Part shown: positions 19,256-29,243 of the stretch, piece after piece | How positions within the stretch are numbered: position 1 is the first letter of the stretch | Layout: each line of letters begins with the position of its first letter | Assembly (NCBI GenBank): GCA_963752595.1 | Contig: CAVVYZ010000001.1 | Coordinates: 96,001-160,000, forward strand | Direction: 5' to 3' | DNA length: 64,000 bases | Source of the DNA: an uncultured delta proteobacterium | GTDB taxonomy: Bacteria; Desulfobacterota; Desulfomonilia; UBA1062 | Notes under the pieces: generated by a model | Told to the model about the DNA's origin: nothing | Databases searched by the model: none | The model's input: the letters and a program-made list of their open reading frames with translations, nothing else | Program-made: the position numbers and the translations under genes

Positions 19256-22061
19256 AGATGCCTAAATACCGGGTTCCTCCGATGCCGGCATTGAAATTGC
19301 CGCCGATGGCCTCGGCATTGGGACCATAGAAAGCACCGAAGGCGCCGTCGCCTGCCGAACCTGCAACGATATCGGCAGAGAACCCGGACAATGCTCCATC
19401 AATAGATCCATTCGTGAGCCCGATCGTGCACTCGGTAAAATTAATGGATCCGGAGACCGGGTTTGATGCGGCAGGATTGAAGTCAAATGTCAGACTGGTA
19501 ACGCCGTTAGTGAGCGGGTTCATCACGCCCAGATTATTTATGCTTACCCCATGGGCTCCTCCGGCATAAGTCCCTATGAAATCAGTTGCGATCATATTCT
19601 GGATTACCGTGGGATTCGTTTTCTCGCCGGCAACCCAGAAGGCACCGGGCTGATGAACGTGATAACTCTCCAAAATACCCGGGTCGTTATATGCTATTTC
19701 CCAGTACCCCCAGGACACATAGTCATTAAGTTGGTCTGACGGATTCGCCGTGACAAGAAAATTTGCATAGGGTTTCAGTCCCCCGGACAGGGCATATACG
19801 CTGACCGCGTCATTTCCCGTATCTCCGAGAACTGCGGCAAAGGCATCATCGAGAACATAGGCTGATCCGTGGGAGGATCCGATCTCGATATTTAAAAGGT
19901 GCACGTTCGCGTTCAGAATATCATCTGCCGAGAGCGATCCGCTCAGAATTCCCAGATCGCGATTGATACCCAGGAGGAAACCGGTGGGGTTCGTGTTCAT
20001 GAATATCCTGCGGTTCATAGGGTTGCTCATCTGTTCCGCTACTCCGACCACGAAGCCGGAAAGAGACACGATTCCCGTAGGAGAGGTCGCACTTAGGGGA
20101 TCCTGAGCCGCCCTGAGCGCTGCTCCATCAAGGCGTGATGTACCTACCCGTGAAGTCATATTGGAACTGACATCAAAGTCGTTGCCAATGCCCATAATGC
20201 CGAATCCCTGATTATCGGAGCCGTAAAACCGGCCGGAGAATATGCTTCCTTCAATCCAGGCCACGGGACCTGTCGGATCTTTTTCTTCAGGGCCTCTGCT
20301 CCCGAGGAAGCGGACATTCGTCAGAGTACCGTTTGTCCTGTCGATATCCCCGAAGAAAAAGAGAAGGCTGTCTGAATAATCCGAGCCCGGATCCGATGTT
20401 CCGGTATTGCTGAAGTCTATCAGCCCGAGTACCTTCCCGTTGAGCCAGTTGACCTCCATGCCCATGTCTCCGGCACCGAAATCTTTCCGTGCAGTGCCGG
20501 GGTCAGGGCCGATACTCTCGAATCCCAGAGCCGGCCCCTGGTAGAGATCTATCCCATTGCCACGGAGTGTCGATGCAGACGGGGCTCCAACATACCCAAG
20601 CTCGGCAAACTCATAGGTCGCTGTCTGTGTGAAACTGCTCAGTGTATTATAGAAAGCAAACTCTCCGAGCGGGTCCGATATGATCTTCCAGGTAAATGTC
20701 CTGTCAGATCCCAGGAGGTTTATTGTATAGGGCAAGGAATATGTCTGGATGCCGGTAGGTGCATAGGTTCCGCCAGGATTGCGGGGGGAAATTGAAAACG
20801 AGAAATTGTATGCAGTGCCGCCCGGTGCAGTCAAGGTACAGGCAACGAGACCTGCTGTAGAAGTTGCGGTCAGGCTCTCTGAATACGAGAGGTTGTTATT
20901 GGTATTCCAGTAGTTATCTATATCGGCAAGTCCACTCATGCTTGCACCGGACATGGCAATCCCCGGGATTGATGCCAGGTCCTGAACGGTGGTTGCCAAT
21001 CGATCCTGGGATAGTGTGTCGGACCCGGTGACGGTAGAGACAGGATTTGTGCTGCTCGGAATCGGGGTCGGCTCAAAAAACGGCTCACTTATGGTAAATT
21101 GTCCTTCAAGGCCGCTTGCAGCAGAAGAAGTATCGCCGGGCTGAGTGGTGCCTGCTGCGACGAAGGTAGACAAACCGGTTTCTGCATCTCCTCCTTGGAC
21201 TGGCTGAGTCTGATCTCCGGTACCGGCCCCGGCATCCGATGCGGTCTGTTCGCTGCCACCGGATGACTGATCTCCGGTGCCGCTTTGCTGTTCCGCATGA
21301 GACGTTATGGAACCGGACTCGCCTTCGCTGCCGGAACTGCTCACGCCGGTCTGGTCTTGAGTTGTGGAGCCCCCGTCTCCACCCTGGGCAGGGGCAGCTG
21401 CTTCATCTTCTTCGGTCTGACCGTCCACGGACAGGTCATTGTTGATGCCGGATACATCCTGGGTGCTGACCCGTGCGGGCTTTTCCGGCAGGGTATCCTG
21501 GCCCTGGATGCGTGTCCCGAAACCGGGGCGTGTGATTGACATCTCGCCTGTATCATTCACAACATAGATGCCCTTTCCGCCTTCAAACACTACACTGAGT
21601 GTTCCTTTCTCAACCCTGCCGGCATACATGGAGCCTCTGATCCCGATGGTGGCGGCCGGAGTCTCGGTGGTGAAGGTTTCGGGAGAGTCTTTGGCAATGG
21701 CACCGCCCATCACGCGGAAAACGCCTTCCTTGACCTTTGTTTTCATCGTCCCGGTCTTCCGGTCAGGGTTCCAGATGTGCTCGATTATCTCCATCCGGCT
21801 TTCCTTGCCGAGGCTTACGATGGTATTGTCCGAGAAGAGGACTTGTACTCTTCCCTGGGGGCCGGTCCTGAGAGTGTCGCGCCGGAATACGGGGCTTTTG
21901 ATGCTGAGTTCCCTTGTGACTCCCCGTGTATCAAAGGCAGTAACCTTGCCGCGGATCGCAATGACAGATCCGACCTGATCACCTTCCTGCGCTAAGGCGA
22001 GCGGCACCCCGGATATGAGCAGGGACGAAAAGGCAAATAGAAGAAATATTTTCTTTCTCAT
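19239..22061 (-). CDS. Secreted FecR-domain protein with acidic linker and C-terminal TbpB-like beta-barrel region
   Basis: SPI signal (ALA-Q), FecR domain (DTLRTG...TPAATIGIRGS), low-complexity linker, C-terminal GAFYGPNAEAIGGNF...GIFEGKR. Confidence 0.75.
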   Translation of the reverse strand: MRKKIFLLFAFSSLLISGVPLALAQEGDQVGSVIAIRGKVTAFDTRGVTRELSIKSPVFRRDTLRTGPQGRVQVLFSDNTIVSLGKESRMEIIEHIWNPDRKTGTMKTKVKEGVFRVMGGAIAKDSPETFTTETPAATIGIRGSMYAGRVEKGTLSVVFEGGKGIYVVNDTGEMSITRPGFGTRIQGQDTLPEKPARVSTQDVSGINNDLSVDGQTEEDEAAAPAQGGDGGSTTQDQTGVSSSGSEGESGSITSHAEQQSGTGDQSSGGSEQTASDAGAGTGDQTQPVQGGDAETGLSTFVAAGTTQPGDTSSAASGLEGQFTISEPFFEPTPIPSSTNPVSTVTGSDTLSQDRLATTVQDLASIPGIAMSGASMSGLADIDNYWNTNNNLSYSESLTATSTAGLVACTLTAPGGTAYNFSFSISPRNPGGTYAPTGIQTYSLPYTINLLGSDRTFTWKIISDPLGEFAFYNTLSSFTQTATYEFAELGYVGAPSASTLRGNGIDLYQGPALGFESIGPDPGTARKDFGAGDMGMEVNWLNGKVLGLIDFSNTGTSDPGSDYSDSLLFFFGDIDRTNGTLTNVRFLGSRGPEEKDPTGPVAWIEGSIFSGRFYGSDNQGFGIMGIGNDFDVSSNMTSRVGTSRLDGAALRAAQDPLSATSPTGIVSLSGFVVGVAEQMSNPMNRRIFMNTNPTGFLLGINRDLGILSGSLSADDILNANVHLLNIEIGSSHGSAYVLDDAFAAVLGDTGNDAVSVYALSGGLKPYANFLVTANPSDQLNDYVSWGYWEIAYNDPGILESYHVHQPGAFWVAGEKTNPTVIQNMIATDFIGTYAGGAHGVSINNLGVMNPLTNGVTSLTFDFNPAASNPVSGSINFTECTIGLTNGSIDGALSGFSADIVAGSAGDGAFGAFYGPNAEAIGGNFNAGIGGTRYLGIFEGKR

Positions 22062-22081
22062 AGCTTTCTCCCCATTTTCTC

Positions 22082-23434
22082 TTAAAATCCGATCGATATG
22101 TTTGCGGAGGCCACGTTCTTTGTGTAGGCGTAGAGGTCGATGTTGGAATCGGATCTTGTGTAGGTGTAGTTGAGGTTGAGGTCCATTCTATAATCAAAGG
22201 GTTCGGACTTCCAGATAGAGAGCGTCTTGGAGAGGCCTGCCGAGAGGTACTGCACATCATCATCGCGTTTTTTCCCGAACAGGGGGTAGACATCCTTATA
22301 GCCCGTACCCTGGTACCAGTAGCTTATGTAGACAGTAGCCTCATAAGGGAGCCTCACTTCATAACTAGAGATGCTGGTGAGCTTCGTATACGTGTTGACG
22401 TCTCTCCGGGCGTTTTCATATTCCCAGCCAAGGCTCCACGACAGGCGGTTCCTGCCGAAAATGAAAACAGGCGATAAAGCCAGGCCGACATTTTTTGCGT
22501 CCTTGTCGCTGCTCTCAAAATAATTCTTGGTCTTGAATTTGGCGTCAAAACTGACGAGGAAAGATGGAGTTACCGCAAAACCCAGGGTCGTTCCCGCGCC
22601 GTAGGTGCGAAGGTATTGACGGTAATCCTGGTTCAGGTGGTTCGTAAGGCCGTAGATGTCCCACACAACCCTGCCCCTTCCGATGCTGGCACCGGCTTTG
22701 ATATCGAACAGGTTCACATCGAGGTCCTTTGCATCCCGGTAGACCGCGTTGTAATTCAAACTCGAAAACTTCCAGGAAACGGTGCTGTCCAGAGGCCTGT
22801 AAAGATAATTGAGGTTCGCCATGCTCGTGTATATCTGGTCTTTTTCAGGCCGGTCCACTGTCACGGTGATTACCTCGCCAAGGGTGGTGTTAATTCCGAT
22901 ATCCGAGTTTGTGGGCGCTGCATTCACGTTGTCATCAAAATCCAGGCCCAGCGATAACTTGCCGGAAAGGAAGTGCTCTTTTTTCGATTGCCTGATAGCT
23001 TTGATGTATTGATTGATATTTGAGCGCACATTCTCCGGGGGGTTTACGGCGAGAACTTCCTGGAAGTATTGCTCGGATGACTCGAGCGATCCGAGTTTGT
23101 AATAGCTCCTGGCGATCTCGAGCTTTGCCCGCACCGCATCGGGCCTGTTTATCAGTACGCGCTCAAAGGCCATGATCGCTGCTTCGTAGTCTCCGGTCTC
23201 AAAGGCTGCCCTGCCGAGGTTGAAATTGATGTCCGGATCCCCTGGATCCTGCCGGAAAAGCTCAAAATATGATTCAAAAGCCTTGTCAAACTCAGCCTTG
23301 TCGAAGTGATCTTTTGCCAGGTCTCTTAAGGCCGGGTCCACGGAGTCCGCTCCCAAGACAGGGGAAAGAGGAATGCTTACTGAAAGGACAGATAAGATAA
23401 AAGCCGTGATGAAGACAGGAAGAGTCTTCCGCAT
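22082..23434 (-). CDS. TPR + outer-membrane beta-barrel protein (Slam/DUF560-like)
   Basis: Signal peptide, TPRs (NFNLGRAAFETGDYEAAIMAFERVL, RAKLEIARSYY), FDDNVN barrel start, RxD and SNIDLYAY motifs, terminal Phe. Confidence 0.75.
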   Translation of the reverse strand: MRKTLPVFITAFILSVLSVSIPLSPVLGADSVDPALRDLAKDHFDKAEFDKAFESYFELFRQDPGDPDINFNLGRAAFETGDYEAAIMAFERVLINRPDAVRAKLEIARSYYKLGSLESSEQYFQEVLAVNPPENVRSNINQYIKAIRQSKKEHFLSGKLSLGLDFDDNVNAAPTNSDIGINTTLGEVITVTVDRPEKDQIYTSMANLNYLYRPLDSTVSWKFSSLNYNAVYRDAKDLDVNLFDIKAGASIGRGRVVWDIYGLTNHLNQDYRQYLRTYGAGTTLGFAVTPSFLVSFDAKFKTKNYFESSDKDAKNVGLALSPVFIFGRNRLSWSLGWEYENARRDVNTYTKLTSISSYEVRLPYEATVYISYWYQGTGYKDVYPLFGKKRDDDVQYLSAGLSKTLSIWKSEPFDYRMDLNLNYTYTRSDSNIDLYAYTKNVASANISIGF

Positions 23435-23601
23435 GATCGTTTTCACATACTCATAGGAATGCAAACGGTTAATTTGTATACTTGACTGAAAGATAGGCTC
23501 AAACACTTTTTTCCCTCCCGTACATCCATCATCGTCAGGGGAGAGGAAAAATGTGAGACCCTTTTACTCGGAACCGGGTGAATCGTTCTCAAGACCTCCG
23601 G

Positions 23602-24099
23602 TCAGATCTTGTTGAGAAACTCCAATGCCTGTTTCAGCCTTGAGAATTCAGTACTCGTCATACGCAGCCGGTGGGCCAGTATCTCTGCAATGAGCCGGTA
23701 ATAGACCGCTTCAAACTCGGTGCGGTCCTCGTGCTCCAACCGGTCGAGGAATGCGCCGTCTATGGCAAGGCAGGTGGTGTTGTCCGTAACGGCATAGACA
23801 GAGGCAGACCGCGCTTCCCCGTCGATGACGGAAAGCTCGCCGAACGTTCCGCCCTGGGCGTCGAGCCGGGCAATCTCCTCTTCGTTCTTGACCACCTTCA
23901 CCTCACCTGAAAGGATTACATACAGCCAGCTGTCATATTCGCCCTGCCTGGTGATGACTTCCTCTGCCTGGTATCTCCGGAGCTTGCTCAACTCAAGGAT
24001 CTTCTTGAGGAACTTGTCTGCGTAGGAATTGAGAAAGGGGATTTTCTTCAATGTCTCGATAAGATCGTCCCGTCCTTTCAGATAGCGGGATTCCTTCAT
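23602..24099 (-). CDS. Stand-alone cyclic nucleotide-binding domain protein
   Basis: LYVILSGEVKV and FGELSVIDGEARSASV phosphate-binding cassette; no HTH. Confidence 0.88.
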   Translation of the reverse strand: MKESRYLKGRDDLIETLKKIPFLNSYADKFLKKILELSKLRRYQAEEVITRQGEYDSWLYVILSGEVKVVKNEEEIARLDAQGGTFGELSVIDGEARSASVYAVTDNTTCLAIDGAFLDRLEHEDRTEFEAVYYRLIAEILAHRLRMTSTEFSRLKQALEFLNKI

Positions 24100-24313
24100 A
24101 CGTTCCTCCATCTCCATGCAGTCTGTTTGCACAAGATACCTTATGATGTCGGCTGTTCGGGTGAGAAAATTGAGAGGCAAATGGTACCGCTCATTCCCGG
24201 GCGAGGGTATGCTTCTATGGATTTGCCCCTACGATAATCCGGCAGCTCCCCCCTCTCCTCCGAACATTCGCATAAATATCCTTTTTTATGCGTACGGATA
24301 CTAAGGTCGGAAC

Positions 24314-24351
24314 GACTCTATCCTGCTGCAGGCCTGCTCCAGGATAGAGTC
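24314..24351. terminator. Stem-loop downstream of the DUF1015 gene
   Basis: gactctatcctg / caggatagagtc perfect 12-bp inverted repeat; no clear U-tract. Confidence 0.4.
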
Positions 24352-24482
24352 TTCATTTGCAAAACAGAACCGCGCCAAGTTTTCCCCGGCATCGTCATGA
24401 CAGAATGCCTTGCCGGGAACACTGGCAATACCTGTCTTCCTCAGGAAATGTATGGCCTTTTCCTTCTATCCCAAGGGGAATG

Positions 24483-25820
24483 TTACCCCGGCAGAATCTT
24501 CCTGCACTCCAGATAGAACCGCTTCTCGTCGGCATGGCCCATGGAGAAGGTCTTCCGCGGCAGCACGCCGTCTTTGATGATGGTCCTGAAAAAGTCGAAC
24601 TTGGAAATCGCGGGCAGGAAGAACCCTACGGTATCCGGCCGTGAGGCGAGGTCGTTCACGATCTTCTCCCCGTGGATGTAGTCGATCCTGATCCCCGTAT
24701 CCTTGATGTACTCGTCGAGGAACGACTGGAGGGTCCCCACTTCGAGGGTGAGCTTCGGATTCCGGATGGAAATCGTACCGCACGAGGACTTTGTTACGAA
24801 CGAAATCCGGTGGGTATCGGGGAGCTTCGAGGGAATGGTCTGAAGCGCATCGGTTGTATCGCACATGCTCACGGAGAAGGTCGAGCCCTGGGCGGTATAA
24901 TATGATTCCATGCGTTTCAGCATGTCATCGGCAGGGCAGTTGAACACAACGCGGTCAATGGGCTCGAAGGTGAGCGCTTCGTCGTGAAGATTGACCAGTT
25001 CCACAAGTGCGTACCGTGCCGGATGCTTCATGACGGCATCAGTGCCGGCCGCATCCCTTTTGAGCTTTTCCCAGATCTCCTTTGCCGTGGCCAGAGAATG
25101 GTTTCCGTCTCCCATGGCATAGAGCAGGACATTGCGGTCTTTGGTCTGGTACTTTTCCTGGAAGACATCCGGATCGGCCAGTTCAGCGAGCGCCTCTGCT
25201 ATCCCGGCGAGCGTTTTTTCGCCGTTTGCCAGGTATCCTCTGATGTGCCCGCTTCCTTCCATGAGATCGAAGTCATAGACCTTTTGCAGCCCTTTTTTGA
25301 AAAGGGGCTCGATTACGGTTTTCCCGGGGTCATCGATGAGCACCATGATATGGGGAGACTCGATGGGCGCCCCCTGCCGGATCTTTATCCTGGGAGGCAG
25401 CCTGTCGATGACCGTGCCCTCGGTCGCCCGGATGAGGCTCTTGGAGCCTTCCCGGAAATCGTAGCGTTCGAGGTCGAGGGCCACCACCAGCCCTTTGCGC
25501 GAGCTGCCGTGGCCGGTAGCCCTGTCCACGAGGATGAACCCTGACCGGCAGGGCACGAGGATATTTCGGTTGAGGTATTCCTCCATGTTCTTGTTGATCT
25601 TCCGGGCTGCCTCTTCAGAATCGCACTCCTCCAGGTAGGCCTCAGGGAGGATGATATGGAAGGTGGAGGGGCTCTGACCCACGAAATCCCTCACCCGTTC
25701 CCAGTACTCGGGCTGGGAGGTGTACTGGTCGCACGCAACCACTGCCCATTTCGTGAGGTCCGCGCCCTCACGGGGCAGCAGGATTTCAGGCACGAGGAGG
25801 CCGATATTATCGAACAGCAT
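24483..25820 (-). CDS. DUF1015 family protein
   Basis: WAVVACDQYTS, ATEGTV...RLPPR, YAMGDGNHSLATAK, LPRKTFSMG. Confidence 0.85.
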   Translation of the reverse strand: MLFDNIGLLVPEILLPREGADLTKWAVVACDQYTSQPEYWERVRDFVGQSPSTFHIILPEAYLEECDSEEAARKINKNMEEYLNRNILVPCRSGFILVDRATGHGSSRKGLVVALDLERYDFREGSKSLIRATEGTVIDRLPPRIKIRQGAPIESPHIMVLIDDPGKTVIEPLFKKGLQKVYDFDLMEGSGHIRGYLANGEKTLAGIAEALAELADPDVFQEKYQTKDRNVLLYAMGDGNHSLATAKEIWEKLKRDAAGTDAVMKHPARYALVELVNLHDEALTFEPIDRVVFNCPADDMLKRMESYYTAQGSTFSVSMCDTTDALQTIPSKLPDTHRISFVTKSSCGTISIRNPKLTLEVGTLQSFLDEYIKDTGIRIDYIHGEKIVNDLASRPDTVGFFLPAISKFDFFRTIIKDGVLPRKTFSMGHADEKRFYLECRKILPG

Positions 25821-25849
25821 AAGAATTCTCCTTATATGTGCTTCCCTTG

Positions 25850-26464
25850 TTACAGATTGATCTTATTGTATCCGTCGGCCAGGGAGGTATTCACGTGTAC
25901 CACGTCTTTGTTCAGGTCTTTGAGCGGATAGTCGGCAGTGATGGCCGGGAGCCTGTCCGCGTCTTCCTGCTTTTTGAGCACGGTCCCGGCAGGGACAATC
26001 CGGCCGTCCGGCACATGCACGCCCATGACGATGCAGCCGGGCTCGATTACGCAGTTGCTGCCCACCTCTGCTTTGAATACCAGGGACTGCATGCCCACGA
26101 ACGAATCATCTCCCACAGAGGCGGGGCCGTGGATCTGGACCTGGTGAGCAAGCGACACCCGCTTGCCGACATAGACCGCGTACTTCCTGCCCTGGACTTC
26201 CACGAGATGCTTGTCAATCGCATGCCCGTTATGCTCCGTCTCGAGGGCGTGAAGGACTACGCCGTCCTGGATGTTGGCTTCGTCTCCCACAAAAATGGGC
26301 TGCCCTTCGTCGCCGCGAATGGAGGCAAAGGGCGATACCATCACGCGTTTTCCCACCGACACGTTTCCTATGACTGCCGAGAGAGGGTGAATATAGGCGC
26401 TGGGGTCGATAACCGGTGTGTATCCCTTCCCGCAGAAATCGGTGATTACATTCTTATGAATCAT
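25850..26464 (-). CDS. Gamma-class carbonic anhydrase (Cam/CcmM N-terminal type)
   Basis: IRGDEG, NIQDGVVLHALET, SLAHQVQIHG (three His ligands), hexapeptide repeats. Confidence 0.88.
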   Translation of the reverse strand: MIHKNVITDFCGKGYTPVIDPSAYIHPLSAVIGNVSVGKRVMVSPFASIRGDEGQPIFVGDEANIQDGVVLHALETEHNGHAIDKHLVEVQGRKYAVYVGKRVSLAHQVQIHGPASVGDDSFVGMQSLVFKAEVGSNCVIEPGCIVMGVHVPDGRIVPAGTVLKKQEDADRLPAITADYPLKDLNKDVVHVNTSLADGYNKINL

Positions 26465-26613
26465 GGCAGTACTCCTTATATGATGTATAGTTGCCGTGTA
26501 CGGATCAGTCCTGCATGGTCAGCCGGTGATCACGGCATCCTCCCCGGCATGGGGAAGTATCTATTTTTACCTGAGAAAGAGGATAAGGAAAAGAGGAAAT
26601 AATCTCTTTGTCT

Positions 26614-29199
26614 CTATTCCGGGACCAGTACCAGAACTTTCCGGTACTGCTTCTCTATCCTGTCGTCCGCAAAGGGAAAGCTCCGGTAATCACCTTTGAG
26701 CCATGCATGGATTCCGTCATCATAGTAAGGGCTCGAAGGGTTGTCGCTCTGGCCCGTGCTGTTTATGACAAAAACAGGCTCTTCCAGACTGAAATCCACT
26801 ACCAGGCGCATGGCCGGGATCAGCCAGGTATTGAAATCCTTGCCGATCATGTATGCGGAGATATTGGGCGTGGTAAAGTCACCCGGAGCGGGGAAGGGGC
26901 CCCGGTTGAAGTAGGAGTTTAAGAAAGATAGGCCTGCCCTTTGAACGAAGTCAAGGTTTGGAGCCATCCTGCACGATTCGGTCACGAAATCATACGTGTG
27001 GAACTTTCCCCAGGTCCAGGCATTGCGGTTTTTCCCCAGACTCTCTTCAATAAGCACGATGGACTTTGCCAGAGCCCGGGCGATGATCCGGGCCTTGGTC
27101 TCCTGCACAGAAGTCGTGGTGTCGTCCCAGAACGGGCTTTCATCCCCCCTGACGATGAGGTGGTCCGATGTGGCGTTGTAGCTCATGGAGTTGCACGATA
27201 CGAAGGCCTTCCAGGTGGGAGAGGTGGTCGGGCCCAGCTCGTCGAGGAAAATCTCCCTGGTCAGGGTATTAATGAAGGCCCCCATAATGACCGCGTTTCG
27301 GGAATGGACGCTTAAGTCCCCATCGAATTCCCTGATCATGGCGAGGGCTTCACGGGCTTTCTCTTTCACGCTCTCGTCCTGCCAGGAATCTATCTCGGAG
27401 GCGATGGGGCGGGAGAGGTCTCCTTCGAGCAGGACCTTTCTGATGGCCGGAAGGGACGATGTATGCGTATCGAGCTGAATATCCTTGGAGGTCTTCGCTG
27501 TATGGTCCTTGGTTGCTTTGATCATTTCCACAATGCGGTCTATCCGGTCGGGCCAGTACCATGATGATGAGAGGATATGGGGGTAATCGGCGCCGACGGT
27601 CTTATTGTTGGCAGTGGCGATGTACCCCTCCGGAGGGTTCAGAGAACAGGGATACTTATCGACAGAGAGGAACCCGTTCCAGTCGTACTCTCCTGTCCAG
27701 CCCGGGGAGGGCATGAGTCCGCGGCCGCTCTTGCGGACGGGATAGCGGCCCGTGACCTGCCATGCGATGTTCTCCTTGTCCGCGACAACCATATTCAGCG
27801 CCATGATCTGGATCCGCTTCAGGATAGGGACGGCCTCATCGACAGACTCCGCGGTCAACAGTGAGAAGAAGGCATCCAGACTTTTGTCTTCCGGCTCGAA
27901 AGCTGCCCATGAAAGGGCAATGCCGTAGGGAAGCTCGACAGGATTCGACATGAATGGATTCTTAGGCGGGCGCTTCAGGATATCATTGAGCAGAGGTCCG
28001 TGGATGGTCTCCTGGACAGTGATGTGTACGGGCTCGTAGCCGCGGACGATAAAGGTCTCTTTCCGCTGGGTAACCGGCAGCCATGATCCTTTATAGAGAT
28101 AGCTCATTTTCCCGTCCGTTGTTTTAAGCTTTTCGAGAAAGAGGTCCTGGTTGTCGGCCATAACCATGGTCATACCCCAGGCTATATGCCCGTTATACCC
28201 TGCCACGATGCCCGGCAGCCCTGCCGCGCATACCCCTGCTGCATCAAGGCCGTTGCAGCGGATATGCATCATGTTCCACAGGGAAGGGAGCGTCAGCAGA
28301 AGGTGGGTATCGTTTGCAAGGATGCTTGCCTTGCGTTCTGTCATCCCCTTGGCCACAGCCCAGTTGTTGGATGACGCTATGCCGGTGAGCCCCAGCGCGG
28401 CGAGTATATCATCCGCAGCAATTGTTCCTTTCAGGCTGGAAAGCGTCCCTTGAAGATCCAGGCCTTTCAGCTTCCGAGCCTCGTCCAGAGGGAGGGGTTC
28501 ATCCGGGTGGATGGGCATGAGCCAGGCTGCCTTTTCAGTGCCCACTGCCTTGGCCAGGATAAGGGATTCCGTTTCTTCATGCATATTGAAGGACAGGGCA
28601 AAATTCACGAGGGCAAGGATGCTCATGGAATCCATGGGCACCCACTTCTCGGGTTTGTATCCGCTCATGGCGAGCTCGGGGGGGAGCTTGTCGCTGTGCT
28701 GCTCGATATATGCGTTCACCCCTTGCGCATACCGGCCGAGGAGAATCTTGTTTTCCTGCGACAGCCCGTCAAAAAGGATGCGGGCGGACTTTGAGAGGTT
28801 CAGCGTGCGCATGAAGACGTCGATATCAAGTGCAGGCTTTCCCGCCATCTCGGAGAGCCTCCCCTGCGAGAGGAGCTTGATCCCGACCATCTGGGTAAGC
28901 CTGTCCGAAGCATTGACATAGCCTATGGCGAAGGAAAGGTCCTGCATATCAGAAGCTTCGATGAAGGGGATGCCCATGTCGTCACGGCGTATGGTGATCT
29001 GGCTGTGAAGCCCTTTCATGGACAGCTGACCTTCCATGACAGGAAGGGTGTCCGAGTAATGGGAGTTGAGCATGCGCGTGCAACCCCCGGTAATGAGAAC
29101 CGCTGCCGAAAGCAAGGCCGGGAGGAGCATCCGGTTCAGCTGTGATCCAAGGCATACGCTTCTTTTCCACACAAAGGGCCGGATATTCAATACCTTCAC
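26614..29199 (-). CDS. Penicillin acylase family Ntn-hydrolase (AHL acylase-like), probable lipoprotein
   Basis: RRDDMGIPFI, SNNWAV catalytic Ser, LANDTHL, TGQSDNPSSPYYDD; lipobox-like ITGGC. Confidence 0.9.
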   Translation of the reverse strand: MKVLNIRPFVWKRSVCLGSQLNRMLLPALLSAAVLITGGCTRMLNSHYSDTLPVMEGQLSMKGLHSQITIRRDDMGIPFIEASDMQDLSFAIGYVNASDRLTQMVGIKLLSQGRLSEMAGKPALDIDVFMRTLNLSKSARILFDGLSQENKILLGRYAQGVNAYIEQHSDKLPPELAMSGYKPEKWVPMDSMSILALVNFALSFNMHEETESLILAKAVGTEKAAWLMPIHPDEPLPLDEARKLKGLDLQGTLSSLKGTIAADDILAALGLTGIASSNNWAVAKGMTERKASILANDTHLLLTLPSLWNMMHIRCNGLDAAGVCAAGLPGIVAGYNGHIAWGMTMVMADNQDLFLEKLKTTDGKMSYLYKGSWLPVTQRKETFIVRGYEPVHITVQETIHGPLLNDILKRPPKNPFMSNPVELPYGIALSWAAFEPEDKSLDAFFSLLTAESVDEAVPILKRIQIMALNMVVADKENIAWQVTGRYPVRKSGRGLMPSPGWTGEYDWNGFLSVDKYPCSLNPPEGYIATANNKTVGADYPHILSSSWYWPDRIDRIVEMIKATKDHTAKTSKDIQLDTHTSSLPAIRKVLLEGDLSRPIASEIDSWQDESVKEKAREALAMIREFDGDLSVHSRNAVIMGAFINTLTREIFLDELGPTTSPTWKAFVSCNSMSYNATSDHLIVRGDESPFWDDTTTSVQETKARIIARALAKSIVLIEESLGKNRNAWTWGKFHTYDFVTESCRMAPNLDFVQRAGLSFLNSYFNRGPFPAPGDFTTPNISAYMIGKDFNTWLIPAMRLVVDFSLEEPVFVINSTGQSDNPSSPYYDDGIHAWLKGDYRSFPFADDRIEKQYRKVLVLVPE

Positions 29200-29243
29200 A
29201 AAACCTCCCTTTCGTACTCAAAGGATTCCTGGCACAAGCTCTT

